Part shown: one piece after another, positions 33,251-45,640 of the stretch
Numbering within the stretch: position 1 is the first letter of the stretch
How the letters are laid out: the number at the start of each line of letters is the position of its first letter
Notes under the pieces: model-generated
What the model was told of the DNA's origin: nothing
Database searches by the model: none
Seen by the model: only the letters and a program-made list of their open reading frames with translations
Position numbers and translations under genes: made by a program
NCBI RefSeq assembly: GCF_009914755.1
Contig: NC_060925.1
Source: the human T2T-CHM13v2.0 reference genome, Homo sapiens
DNA: 64,000 nt
Reading direction: 5' to 3' (one strand)

Positions 33251-33910
33251 GGTCCAAAGAGGCACAGAAATTTGTGCCACAGTTAGTTGGGGGCTGAGCC
33301 AACCTCAAAATTCAATTCTCTCAATCCCAAATATAGAGCCCTTAAATCACCAATACCTATTGCTCCCTCCTGAGCCAGGATGAACAAAGTCTCAGTTATG
33401 TCTCCCAGGTGCTCACGAGACAGCACAAACCAGGCAGATAATTAGTACTGAGCTATCGACTCACTCAGATTTGCCTGAGAATCAGCCAGATGTCTGAGGG
33501 AAATAGATATTTGCTTGTATTGGTAAGAGAAGATTTTGACATCTGAGAAAAGGTGTTGTGGTTCATAATGCAGGATAGCAACACATCATTGAAACTTGGA
33601 CACCTATCAGAAACAGGGTATTTGAATTTTCACTTGGAAAAGTGCAGTTAGGGTGATTTTTACTCAGGGAGCACATTTTCTGAATGACTGGCTATAAAAG
33701 GCTTCAGGTTAAGGGAGACCTTGAGAAGTTATTTAGCCCATTGCCCTTCCTCCAGGCAGGATGGCATTTAAACTATCTTTGGGAAGTGATTTGTTTTCTT
33801 TTAAAAATAAAAATAACAACAAGGACTGCTACAGTCCTCTCGTGTTAAAAAGTTTCACTCATCCCCAGGGCCAAAAAACGTTCTCCTGAATATCTAAGCC
33901 AAAGCTTTCT

Positions 33911-34189
33911 TTCTTTCTTTCTTTCTTTTTTCATTTTTCTTTCTTTCTTTTTTGATAGAGTCTAGCTGTCACCAGGCTGGGGTGCAGTGGCCTGATCTCG
34001 GCTCACTGCAACCTCCGCCTCCTGGGTTCAAGCAATTCTTTGCCTCAGCCCCAGCTAATTTTTTTATTTTTAGTAGATATGGGGTTTCACCATCTTGGCC
34101 AGGCTGGTCTTGAACTCCTGACCTCATGATCCACCCGCCTCGGCCTCCCAAAGTGCTGAGATTACAGGTGTGAGACACTGCAGCTGGCC
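33911..34189 (-). mobile_element. AluS with (AAAG)n tail and ~37-bp right-arm deletion
   Basis: Antisense dimer with deletion junction GCCTCAGCC|CCAGCTAATT at 34050/34051. Degenerate TSD TAAGCCAAAGCTTTCT (33895-33910) / TAACCCAAGACTTTCT (34190-34205). Confidence 0.88.
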
Positions 34190-35368
34190 TAACCCAAGAC
34201 TTTCTAAAGACATACAAACCTATGTCCTCTTCTCTATTTTACCGAGTTCTCTCCTGGGATGAACATTATGTATACAGCATAGTTCCTAGGACTGGGCATC
34301 TACCTGGCCTTGGTCCTCATTATGGTAGAAAAACATTCAGCCATCTCTGATATATGTGATATATGTGGTTTGTGTGGGTGGGATGAATAGCCTACTTAGT
34401 GGGCCACAGGAGTATGAGGTGTGATCCGCAAAAGTGAAAATGGTCTTTAACTAGAAACTTCTCATTAACCCCAAATCAATAAAGAATAAATCTAGGCCTC
34501 CCACTGGTGGGTCATAGAATAATCCCAAAATTCCTGAAATAGAATTGTGGTGGGCTTAGGAAACAGTGTTGAGAAAGACCAAGCACGGGTTTGGGGATGG
34601 ATTTTGTAAGAAAGAACAGATAAGCAAGTTTCCAGCTAGATTATAAATAAAACTAGAATCTAAAAATCTTTGGGAGACTGCCAGATCTGATGTTCCAGTT
34701 GTAAACTAGACATATGAATGCATTTCATTCATGCATACATTTTGGTGTATAGCTTCCCATAATAGCTGAACTCCATGATAAATTCCAATTTTGTCTAGGT
34801 TAAGTCAGGGAGGAGAAGAAGTCTTTCTTAGGTTAGGAAAACTTTCCTTGCACAATGGAGATAGGTTATTGGGAGAGGGACAATGCATACAACAGACTCC
34901 CAGTGACTGAGTGGGTAGCTATGGGGTTGGTAAGTCAGACTTGAGACCTAGGCATGTCCAGGATATATAGAGGATGGGTGCTCAAGAAGCATCTTCTTCC
35001 TTCACTTTAGTGAGTGGAAGCAGAGTTTCCACTTTTAACATGTGTCTCTCAGAGCGACAGAAGGATACCAAGAGACAATGCTGTGAATATGGTTTTCTGT
35101 AATAACATAAAGAACAGCTGACAGAGACAAGCAAACATGTGGAGACTAAGGTAGTGCAGAATGTTTCAACCAGAGTCTGGGCTGTGATTCTAGTTGGATC
35201 ACCTCTTCTGATCTTGTCTCTCCACTCTCAATTGGCAATCCCATTTATGTGCATGGCTTCCAAAACCATCCGTGTGTCAATAATTCTTGAATTTCTATCT
35301 TTGTTCCAGACCTTTCAAATGAACTTCAGAATCATAGAGCCAAATCCCTACTCATTCTCTCCACTGAG

Positions 35369-35370
<2 letters not shown>

Positions 35371-35407
<37 letters not shown>

Positions 35408-35426
35408 CACAACAACACAACACAAC
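35371..35426 (+). repeat. (CA)18 microsatellite with (CACAA)n extension
   Basis: Read directly. Confidence 0.95.
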
Positions 35427-35665
35427 CAACTCAGAACTCAGGACAAAGAATACTCTTGGCAATCAGACAGAATCAGATTTTTGAGTTAGGGCACTATCAT
35501 TTATTGTCATCAGTTTCCTTAGGTAAGCCACCTAGTTTTTCCAAATGTAAAATCAGTGTTTTGGTAAGAATCCAATTAGATAATATTGTAAAGTGCAATG
35601 CTATCTCATGCCTGGCATATGTAAATCACATATTTCTACATATTGGATGCTTGTTGACTAATGAG

Positions 35666-35726
35666 TGGATGGGTGGGTGGGTGGATGGATGGATGGATGG
35701 ATGGATGGATGGATGGAGGGACGGAT
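35666..35726 (+). repeat. (GGGT)n(GGAT)n tetranucleotide microsatellite
   Basis: Read directly. Confidence 0.93.
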
Positions 35727-36349
35727 AGAAATGGAGATTCCGTGAGCCATAATTACGAAGGTCACACATGATCATAGTGGACAGATAAAGATATGCAATA
35801 AAAGAAGCATGGAAAAAACAAAGAGCACTTCTGTTTACTAGATGAAGACCTGGAATGCTGAATGGAATGGAGGAGATTCTATAAAGAACAGAAAAGAATG
35901 CAACGCCTTTTGGACAACACAGTTTTCTAAAGCTGCTAAGATCTGATTGTGACACTTCATTCAGTTCATTAGCTGGGGAAAGGCTGGCCACTGCTGGATG
36001 AGTTGTGAGACTGACCAAGAATTGTTAAAATGGCAGGTGGCAAGTATGGAGAGGGTATAAGGCCAATGTATTAGTCTTTGCCCAAGATACCTGCCATCTG
36101 TGAACATATTCTACATCAATAGCAGATGTAGATGGCAAATGTGGCCTTTAGCTGAGAGAAAAATCTAAGATACAACTGCAACATCAGACCTGGAAGTCCC
36201 CCAAAGTCAAAACTTTGAACATATCACCAAGATTAAAACTTTTAAATAAAATTTTCCCTAAAGTGTTTCACTATAAAGAATCTTTACGTCTGAGGTAAAT
36301 GGTGCTTCAAGGATTTAGTCATCTCTAAAAAGCAGTGAAGAAAGGAAAT

Positions 36350-36476
36350 TTTTTAGAGTGAAAAACTTGCCTTGTCTTGATTGTAGTGGTGGTTTATACA
36401 ATTGTATATGATTATAAAACTTCACCAAAATGTGTCCCTAAAATAAATAAATCTTATTGCATGTAATACCTCAAAA
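36350..36476 (+). mobile_element. Old L1 (L1MC/MD-like) extreme 3' end
   Basis: TCTTGATTGTAGTGGTGGTTTATACAATTGTATATG...AAAACTTCACCAAAATGTGTCCCTAAAA...TTATTGCATGTAA. Confidence 0.55.
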
Positions 36477-37769
36477 GCAGGAGAAAAGTGGAAGAATCCA
36501 GAAGTAAATCAAATATTTACCTACCCCAATGACTAGCCAGACAGTAACTCAGTAAGAATAAAGATTTTGGGTTCTTGTAACAGAAGACTGGGTGAGGTGA
36601 GAGGTGGGGAATGATAATGGAAGAAGCTGACTTACTTTGAGATAAACATATTAGAAAAAGAAAATTCTAGTAGTCACAATTAGCTGTAATAGGTCTAAAA
36701 GAATGAACTGGCTGGAGACATGGGATAATAGCCAACACCCTGTGGGATCCCAACAAGCTGTGGGATTTCTTGTTTCCTACAGTTAAGATCAGACCCTCTA
36801 ACAGAATCATATTTATTCACATAAGAAAATAAAATGGAAATTTGGGGGAAAATTTGCTAGAGCTAAGGAGCAGGCTCTGAGTCTCAGAGAGAGACCCTTT
36901 AAAGGGCCAGAGGCAGGAATTATACCTCCTCCCATGAATGAGGAAAACTACCTCAATTCCAGAAGAAATATAGCCCCTTGAGGCAAGAAGATATGGAAGC
37001 ATCAGCCAAATATGTGTGTACTCTGGTAAAATCAGACAGCAGACATATTTGGGCTCAGTGTGTCTCTGAACCACTATTTCCTGCATAGCCAGTGAAGCCC
37101 TGAAAACAGCTGCTTCCCCGAAATTGATGGTAGGCATGGTACGGAGCAGGGTCTCAGGCACCAGAGAGGGTCTGAGTAGCCACAGAGTGGAGCAAGGTCA
37201 ATGGTAGTGGGAGAGTCTACAGAGAGAAGCCAGTGTCATTTGGACACAGGAGATCACCCCCGGAAAGGGAAAGGAGAGGGATGAAATGGAGACAATGTGG
37301 AAAAACTTACGACTCCACACAGCAGGTATCACTTATTGAGTTCATCCTAGTCAGGATCAAGATTAGACAGTGATTCATGTAAACGAAAAAAACAAGAATC
37401 TAAAATGTAGATCAAACTGCAATTCATGTATTTGGAATGAGAATACCGTTTGCTAAATACTGGTACAGAATACTGGAATACAATATTTAGAGCTCTCCCA
37501 GGCAGCAGAAAACTTGGAAGCAAAATTCCTCACCACAGCATTGCTTTGATGAGCATAGTGGGAAGTGGGTGGCCTTGAAGGGTGGCTCCTAGAGGCCGCA
37601 GGAAATCCTGATGTACTACACCTGTCCCACATGAGTTCAACTCCCCAGGGGCCTGAATGCTCATTTCCTTCACACTCAGACTCTGTGTCCTCTGGGTGTG
37701 TGAGATGAACGATGACCAGTTTTGGTCCTTTGGTATCCTTGTTTCAGCTTCATGAAGACCCACTTGTTA

Positions 37770-37970
37770 AATGTGCCACATACTATACTAACCACTGCAG
37801 ACATTACCTCATTAATCAGCACACAACTCCAATGACTTACCAGTTATCTCCATTTCAATGATGAAGAAACTGATTTCCATAGAGGATACGTGGTTCACAA
37901 AGTCATCTGAGGCAGGGATTTAAATCCAGTTCTGTATTCCTGAGATCACGCTCTTCAGCACCATGCTGTG
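37770..37970 (-). mobile_element. MIR
   Basis: TATCTCCATTTCAATGATGAAGAAACTGA...GGCAGGGATTTAAATCCAGTTCTG. Confidence 0.6.
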
Positions 37971-39219
37971 GTCTCTTCAGGAAGGAACTGATTGATTTCA
38001 TCAGGTTTTACTGTTAAGTTAATCACATTCAAGGCCAGCCCTTCCAAAGCCTCCCTTCCATTACTAGCCCCATATCACTCAGCTGTCCATTTACAAAATG
38101 TCTTTCTGGTTTCTTCTAAAAAATGAAGAATCATGTGCGTCATATACAGGTTTTGCTACTTTAACTCTCAGAGGAGAATCATACTTTTAAGATTTGGTAG
38201 GGAAATTTGAGGAATATTAAGAAAACGTTGTCCTGTGTGACCAGCAAAAATGTCTTTTGATTCAAGGACACAGAGGTTAAGATGAGAGCGGTTTCCTGCA
38301 GACAATCAGTAAAGCCCATGGAGCAGGCTTCATGACCCCTACTTTGAAATGCTCTGCTCTTTGCAACTGAGACTGAACATGAAGCTTTTACTGGATCTAA
38401 TGCATTCTTCTTGGGTAGGGATGACAACATCTAGCTGGGCAGAGCAGATGCACAAGGACATAACATGCCTGTTTCTGGATCTAAGGAGCATACAGAATTG
38501 GATAAGAGTGAACTGCAACAGGATTAACGACAGCAACAGGATTACACACTCTAGCCCTAGGGAGGCAAAAAGACAGAAAGAAAAAGTTTAATCTTTCCTA
38601 GTATCAATAATACCTCCTCTTCACGTTCACAGGTTGTAACCAACTCCTATCTGCCATGTTCTATTATCACTCCTTCATCAGCTCTTCACCTTGCAAAAGT
38701 CTATCTGATTATTTTAATTCAGTTTGTAATCATTCAAAAATTGTTTACCTACTATCTTCCAGATTCTAAGGAAACATGTGAACAAACATGTAACTTACCT
38801 GTGTTCATTGTTGTTATATTCCCCCAATTACTTTGTCCTTTTGTTCCTTTATGATTGTTTCATGGAGCTTGGGTAACTGGAGAGAGAAATGTGTCATCAA
38901 CTAACCATATATATTCAGAAGTTCTATGATCAGGCTAAGGGTTTACTTATCTCTCTTGGATACAGGAATATCTGAGAGTACAATGGGGTTACATGAATAA
39001 AAATGTCAGCCTAACATTCCCAAACTAATGGACTAGAAGCAAGGCCTAATGGGACTTTAAAAGATATGGTTATGGTTTATACAAACCCTTCCCAGTAGAA
39101 GTAGCCTATAATATTCTCACTCTACTTTTTAGTCATGAGAAACATTTCAACCTTACTCAGGGTTGTCTCCCATTGATTTCATATTTGAGGAGTTGCCCAA
39201 AAGTTCTCTTCCCTTTGCA

Positions 39220-40890
39220 GAAAAGCATCCCCATTGCCTATAAAGTCCAAATTCTTCAGCATGGTATCCTAAGCCCTTCCTGATTTTTCTGCCAACAATA
39301 TTTTAGCCAGTCTCCTGGAACATCCCCCCAGTCATTGACATCACATTTCACTGCTTCTCCCACACCAAACATTATATTATATTTATGCCTGCTCATGCTG
39401 TTTCCTCAACCTGAAATATACTCCACTCCCTTATCTTATATAGTCCCACGAATAAGCTCATTGTTATTTCCTCTCTGTAGCCTTCCTTGATCCTTGGTCA
39501 AAAGCATTTCTTCTTTCTGATGTATGCCTACAACACCTCTTCGCACTTCTGTTTAGGACGTTATCTTGGCTTGCCTTGTAGTTGACTACTAACATCTGTT
39601 TCTCATTCCATTATTTGAAAGCTTCTTGAAGGCAGATAGGAATATAATATGTAAGGTAGGCATTAAATAGATGTTTATTTGTTTAAATAAGTTTCTTAAA
39701 GAGATAAACATATTTGTCATGGAAAATGGATTAATTATAAAGTCAAAGTTGGAAAATACAGAGAGTTGATAGTGGAGAAGTTCACTCTACCCAGGAACCA
39801 GTGACACCAAATTGTGCAGCAAAATTGTTGGACTTCAATAATCTGACAAATGCCCTCCCTCAGCTTTGTGTGCCTGGTGAGAATTCTCTCCTCTGAAGCA
39901 TCACTTCTTCTGGTGATAACCCAGAGCAGACATAGCTGTCCCTACCTTACACTCCCAAAACATTTTGAACAAAATTATATTTGATAAACACTCATGCTGT
40001 GTTGTAATGCCTTCTTTGCCTCTATCACTGGAATATGAGCTTTATTTTTTTCTAATAGGATTTCATATGCACAGAATTGGATTAATTATAATTTCTGGTT
40101 TATCACTAGACTCTGTGTAGTCCCACCTTTCAATGTTTTTGTTGTTAAATAAAGTCTTATGTGGCTAGTAATGTGCTAGGGTCTGGGAATCTGAAGAGAA
40201 TAAAACACATTCCCTGTCCTCAATGAGTTTAGTTAATGCCTTCTCTTCTTTGTATCTTCAGCCTTTAGCTTAATGCCTGGCACATGGTACATGCCCCCTA
40301 TAATATATGTTTCCTCTGCCTGATTCTTGAATTTAGAGAGCCCCTGAGTTTAGTTTTTATAATGCTTATCTTCCCTATCAACATACTCCTGAAATTCTCA
40401 TCTAGCCCTAAAGCTATAAGTACTATCCCAAACACATATTCTCAGTTTCAGTCTACACCATAAACTTAACTTATACATCCAACTTCCTCCGTGAAATCTC
40501 CACCAGGATATCTCATAGGCATCTCACACTTAAAGGGTCTAAAACAGAGTTCTTGACCCAGTCCCAGTCTGCCTGCCACCAAACCTGCTTCTCCTCCATG
40601 GTCTCCTGTTTTGTAGATTTAGCTCAAGCTAAGTTCCCTGCATTCATCCTTGGCTCTTTTTTTGTCTAACATCCCCACAGTTAATTCATCAGAAATATTG
40701 TTGGTTTTACCCCATAAAATATTTGTTTGCTCATTGTTGAGTCTTCCACTAGGGATAAGTTTAGTGAGGCTAGACATTTTGTCCATTTTGTTAATTCAAG
40801 TACCCCTAGCACTTAGCATATGGCAGGAACTCAATAAACATTGGTTGAATAAAATTTAAACAAATATTTGTGAAAGAAAGAACAAATAAG
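39220..40890 (+). mobile_element. Cluster of L2 fragments
   Basis: CCCCATTGCCTATAAAGTCCAAATTCTTCAGCATGG; TCTCCACCAGGATATCTCATAGGCATCTCACACTTAA; 3' end CCCCTAGCACTTAGCATATGGCAGGAACTCAATAAACATTGGTTGAAT. Confidence 0.65.
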
Positions 40891-42080
40891 TACATGGGAT
40901 CTCAGACCTGCCCTCTAGATAAATAAATTTAGGGAACAGCAGTTACCATGTTTTTCATTTGGAATGAGCCAACAATCTTGTTTTCGGTTAATACTTTAGA
41001 ACGCAGAAATCAAACATGGAATACTTCTATAATAAAAAAGAAAAATTGTTTTTAAATTTGTCCATCTCATAAAAAAGTAAGCTATGTCAGAAGCGTTTTG
41101 TCCAGAAGATAGAAGATGTCATAAATGGATAAAACTTCTCTGACTAATTATTCTAATCAAATACTGGCTTCTGCTATAAAATAAAATACTACTCATTCCA
41201 ACAAAACCTGTCTTTATTTTTTTTTTCAGGGAAAGGGAGAAAAGAAAAACACAAAAATTGGAACCCACAGCTATATCTACGTGTCTCCTGTTTCATGCAA
41301 GTGGTAAGAAATGAAAGAATATTAAAAGAGAGACTGAGGAGCTAGAAGTAATTATTGAGTGTCTCCAGTAGGATGTGAATCAAAATTTTGCTATGTGTGG
41401 TTTGCAAAAAGATTAAATGATAGCATTAAAGCTTGTGTATACCCAACTGCCCCAGATGGAAGACCTACTATAGCTGCTGTAATCTGTCCAGGTTATTTCA
41501 ACTCTTGATCCAGGGAAGAGTTCCTGATAAATAAAGTTAGTCCCAGAAGCTTATTCAAGATAATGTTTTCATAACCCTACAGTGCTTGTATAAATCCACT
41601 GTTCACCCCACTTCACCAAAAAAAAAAAAAAAGGTTGCAGCCTCTTTCCAGCACTTGTAATCTTTTGAGAGAAATAGACGAATCATAATTGCACATATAG
41701 ATAACATTGCCATTTTAAGTCTCTATATGGAATAACATCAGAGACATTTATGGTCTCCCTCAGAGGGATTCAAGAAGCAGGTTTAACAATAAATGTCAGC
41801 TCCTGTTACCTAGAGTGCCATACACAGATCACATGGTGAGGAGTAGAAAGGTAACACATTTCTAGAATAAAATGAATTCTGCACGCAGATGGAAGGTTCC
41901 AAAACCAAGATAAAAATCTAAGAGTTCAACAGGTTTTTTGGGCATTATTTTATACTGTAGTCCTTACCTTTAAATGCAAAATAAATAATTCTATCTGAAC
42001 TGCTGAAGCCTAGTGGAATATAACCAATTGAATTCTCATTTTCCAGGAGACATAGTCTCTCTGGTGCCTGCGACTATTCG

Positions 42081-42535
42081 TGTTAGTCCAAGTTCTTTGA
42101 TAAACAGACACCAAGCTGAGATTAAACATGGTGAAATACTTTTATGGAGAATATACCTGTAAGAGAAAATAAGAAGGGAGCTGGGGAGACGCGAAGAGCC
42201 ATCAGACTACCATGCAAGTCTGAGACTTCCAAAGAAAAAAGACAGGAAGAAAGATTGGGTAGAATTGTCTTAGATCACCATGAAGACTCAGGACAGTACA
42301 GCAGGGCCATAGGGCAATTATCAAGATGAAATCTAAAGAATCCGGTATTTCCTAGAGTTTGGTTTGCCTTAGTATCCCTGCCAACCTCAGTCACTGTCCG
42401 GGAGCCACCTCTGGGAGGTGTGACCTTGGCATAAGCACAGTAATGCAGCTCAGAGCCCAGCAGCTGGGACTCTTGGTTAACTATGCCCCCCAGGAGTTAG
42501 AGGTTTGCATGGGGCATTCTCACAGCTACTATACT
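42081..42535 (-). mobile_element. LTR16-family solo LTR
   Basis: GTTAGTCCAAGTTCTTTGATAAACAGACACCAAG...AATATACCTGTAAGAGAAAAT...GAGCCATCAGACTACCATGCAAGTCTGA, similar in layout to the LTR at 26731. Confidence 0.65.
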
Positions 42536-43539
42536 AAGGTGCTGGGATAGCATCAGTGCAAGACAGTAAAGAGAATATTTCCTAAGTATGGAATGAATGT
42601 TAATTCCCTCTTTCTGAGCAAGGAATTAAAGCTCCCAAAGAGCTAATTAATGATAGTTCAGAAAAAAAGACTGTCTGCTAACTTCCGGCCCTAAAAGATC
42701 TGTGTTTCTCTCCAGTGTTAATTCATCCCAGAGCACTTAACAGAGTTAAGCAGCATGAAACCCTTGAACTCTAAGCACCATCAATGAGCCTTAGAGCTGG
42801 ATTCTTGAGTAAGTTATCATCAAATTCTCAATTATGACGGCAAATGCATTTCTCAGAGAGTTTTTGGATTAATTTATAAACCTTAAGGCTAAATGGAATG
42901 AAATATACCTTATTTCAAAGGCTGGAAGAACTTACGAGGTTCTGGTTGTTTGAATGCCCTACCAATGAGAGATATACACAGGGCTCCCCACGTGCCTTGC
43001 TTCCGGAATGGGAAAAGCCACTTGAAGCATGGGAAGAATAATCCGCAAGAATCTAGAAAGGGTTCTTTCAACGTAAAGTTCCCTAGATTAAAGTGGAGGA
43101 GAGGCAGGGAAGTTACCTGCATGTTCCATAAACAGTGCTAGTCTGTAAGACCTTTGGCAAGATGGCAAACCAGGGAGCAGAAATCTGCACATGATCATTT
43201 TATTCCAAGTAGATGTTTGAAGGGGAGAGAGAGAAAAAGAGACAGAGAGAGAATGTGTGTGTATTTCAGTGGGGCAGAGAGTACTTCTCCTTTTACTTCC
43301 TAGGACAAGTTCTAAGAGGAAAAGGATTTGCCAAGGACATCTAGGCCTCTGCCTAGATGACCTCCAGACGCCAGCTTCAGGCTGCAAGGCCAGGGGAGGA
43401 CCAGTGAAACTGAGAAATCAAGGGACTTGTTTCTTGAATTCTCGATTTCTTGAATGAGGGCCAAGTGCCAGATTTTGTTTTTGTTTCCCTGGACCTTTCT
43501 TCACCTGTCTGGGAAGAAAAGTTGGGCACGGAGGAAGAG

Positions 43540-44300
43540 CCCAAAACAAGGAGAAGACATTGCAGTCTCTCCACCCACGACCAATCCGGGAATGGTATTT
43601 CTTTGCTCCTCCTCCTCTAGGGTCTAAATCCCACCCAGAGGTCTGGCTGCCATTTCCTAGATTGGTTCTGCCCAGAGTGCAAAAGGGTTCCAGAAGGCGG
43701 GAGCCAAGGGAAAACCTAAAAAAAGTAAACAAAACAGAGAATCTACAGCCACCTCAGATGACAGCAAAGGATAAAAGAAGGCAAAGTGATCCCTGCTCAC
43801 AGAGGAGAGGAAGGAGGGAGGCAGCAAATATATCACCCGCTATTGCTGAAAGGCTTACAAAAATCCGGTTATATTTTTTAATCATCTTGCATTTTAGATC
43901 TTTAAAGTACAAATATGGATTTCAAACATACCAAGGGAACAAATTAACTTAGAAAAATGGTAATGCTTTCCAAGGTTGCACCTGCCATGAAATTGCTCCA
44001 AGTTTGCATTTTCCCCAGGTCTCCAGTGTGTCATTAGGCCAGATTGATTGCGCTCCTCCCCCGAACAGCTCCCCCATTACAGGGTTATTGTATGGAAATT
44101 AGTGGAAGGTTGGGAACATTTTTTTGCAGCTGCAGTGGCTGGAGTCAGTTTTGATTAAGTGATAGAAACCTGGTGCAGACGGGGAGATCTCTTTGCTTTA
44201 GCTGCCTCCTTTATTATCACTCAAGTGCAGCTTCTCCCTGTGTGGATCTTTTGCTGCTTTTTAGACAGTGCTGTTTACACTGAGTCATCTTTGTGTTTTT
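43540..44300. promoter_or_regulatory. Putative cis-regulatory block (promoter/enhancer candidate)
   Basis: No recognisable repeat. CCACCC (43571) with CCAAT (43581), CCACCC (43631) with ATTGG (43661), TCAAGTG (44221), and TGTTTAC (44272) next to TGAGTCA (44281). Motif evidence only. Confidence 0.3.
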
Positions 44301-44904
44301 TTAATGTTTCCCAACTCAATTTCCCCATTAGTATTCTAATTTGATGTGAAACTTAAAACCAGTCTATTCATTCCTCATTTTCTATTTCCCTGTCTACACC
44401 CCTATCCCCACACCCCTGCTCCATCCCGACTTTTTGGAGATGCAACAATAAAGTGGTGATAGTCCTCATCCTCCATCCTTCTATCCTACTTATCCCCTAA
44501 GATAAACTATTGAAGGGGCCTAAACCAGCAATCAGAGCCATGGTGGCCCCAGGGGATTTCAAGGTGCAAATTAAGCCTTGGACTGGCTGCTCCAAGAACT
44601 GACAAGTGAGGGCTGACAGTTTTCCTCTCCTCGGGTTCTGTCAGGAGCTTGCAAATGTCCCAGAAAAACTGGGGCTCTGGCAGATTAGGAGTTGATCTGC
44701 TTGTCATGCAGGGTCAACATCAGACTACAGCAATTGAGGGCAACAAGACACGATGGAACAGAAAAATAAAGGACAGTTTAGGTGCAAATTGCCTGCAGTA
44801 AGTTGGAAGGGGGAGAGCGGCTGGGGGCGGGGGAGCACATAACCTCATATAGGCCTTTCCTATCTATACACTGGAGATCTCTCTTTCTGTGCTCTATTCT
44901 TTTC

Positions 44905-45640
44905 TACATTCATTCAAGCCTTCATTCATTTTCTCTTCCAGTATGTACTGAGTACCTCTCCTAGGTACTGTAATAGATGCTGAAACTGAAGAAAAAAGTG
45001 AACGAGAATAGTCTCCCAGTTCCATTGGAGAAGGTAGGCATATTAACAAAAAGTTACAATATAATTTGTACAGCAGGGGCAAGTGTTCTAGCAGAAATTT
45101 ACTAAAAATTATTTGCAAGAACAGCAGAGGAAACCACAAAATCTGCCTTAATCAGGAAGTGTGCAGAAGGGCAGCTACCAGAGGAGGCTTTTAAGTGAGG
45201 TGACATTGGAACTGGTTCTTGGGCATCCCCCTGCCAGAGCATGGTGGAGGAGACAGATTTCAGTGAGAGGGACCAGCAACAAGCTCAGGTAGAAAAGAGA
45301 AGAGCACATCCACAGGGAAACGTGTGGTTTCTAGGGGCTGGAGCAGACATTCGGGGCAAAAAGTAATGGGAGATGAGCCTGGAAAAGCATGTTGAAATCA
45401 GATGATGAATACAGTAATAGGCATGCTGGGGAACCAAGACTGTATCAATGATAGAAACCAGGAGTCTCTGGAGGTTTTTAAGCAAAGGGTTTTTTTGTTT
45501 TGTTTTGTTTTGTTTTGTTTTAATGCCTTTTTAGAAATTACACACTGAAAACAGTGTGGAGGGTAGCAGATTGATGTGGGGAGACTTCAGAGGATGAGAC
45601 CACCATTATGGACATTACAATCATCCAGGTGAAAGCCCAT
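44905..45640 (-). mobile_element. L2 fragment
   Basis: CATTCATTCAAG...TACTGAGTACCTCTCCTAGGTACTGTAATAGATGCTG; GGAGTCTCTGGAGGTTTTTAAGCA; CAATCATCCAGGTGA. Confidence 0.65.
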
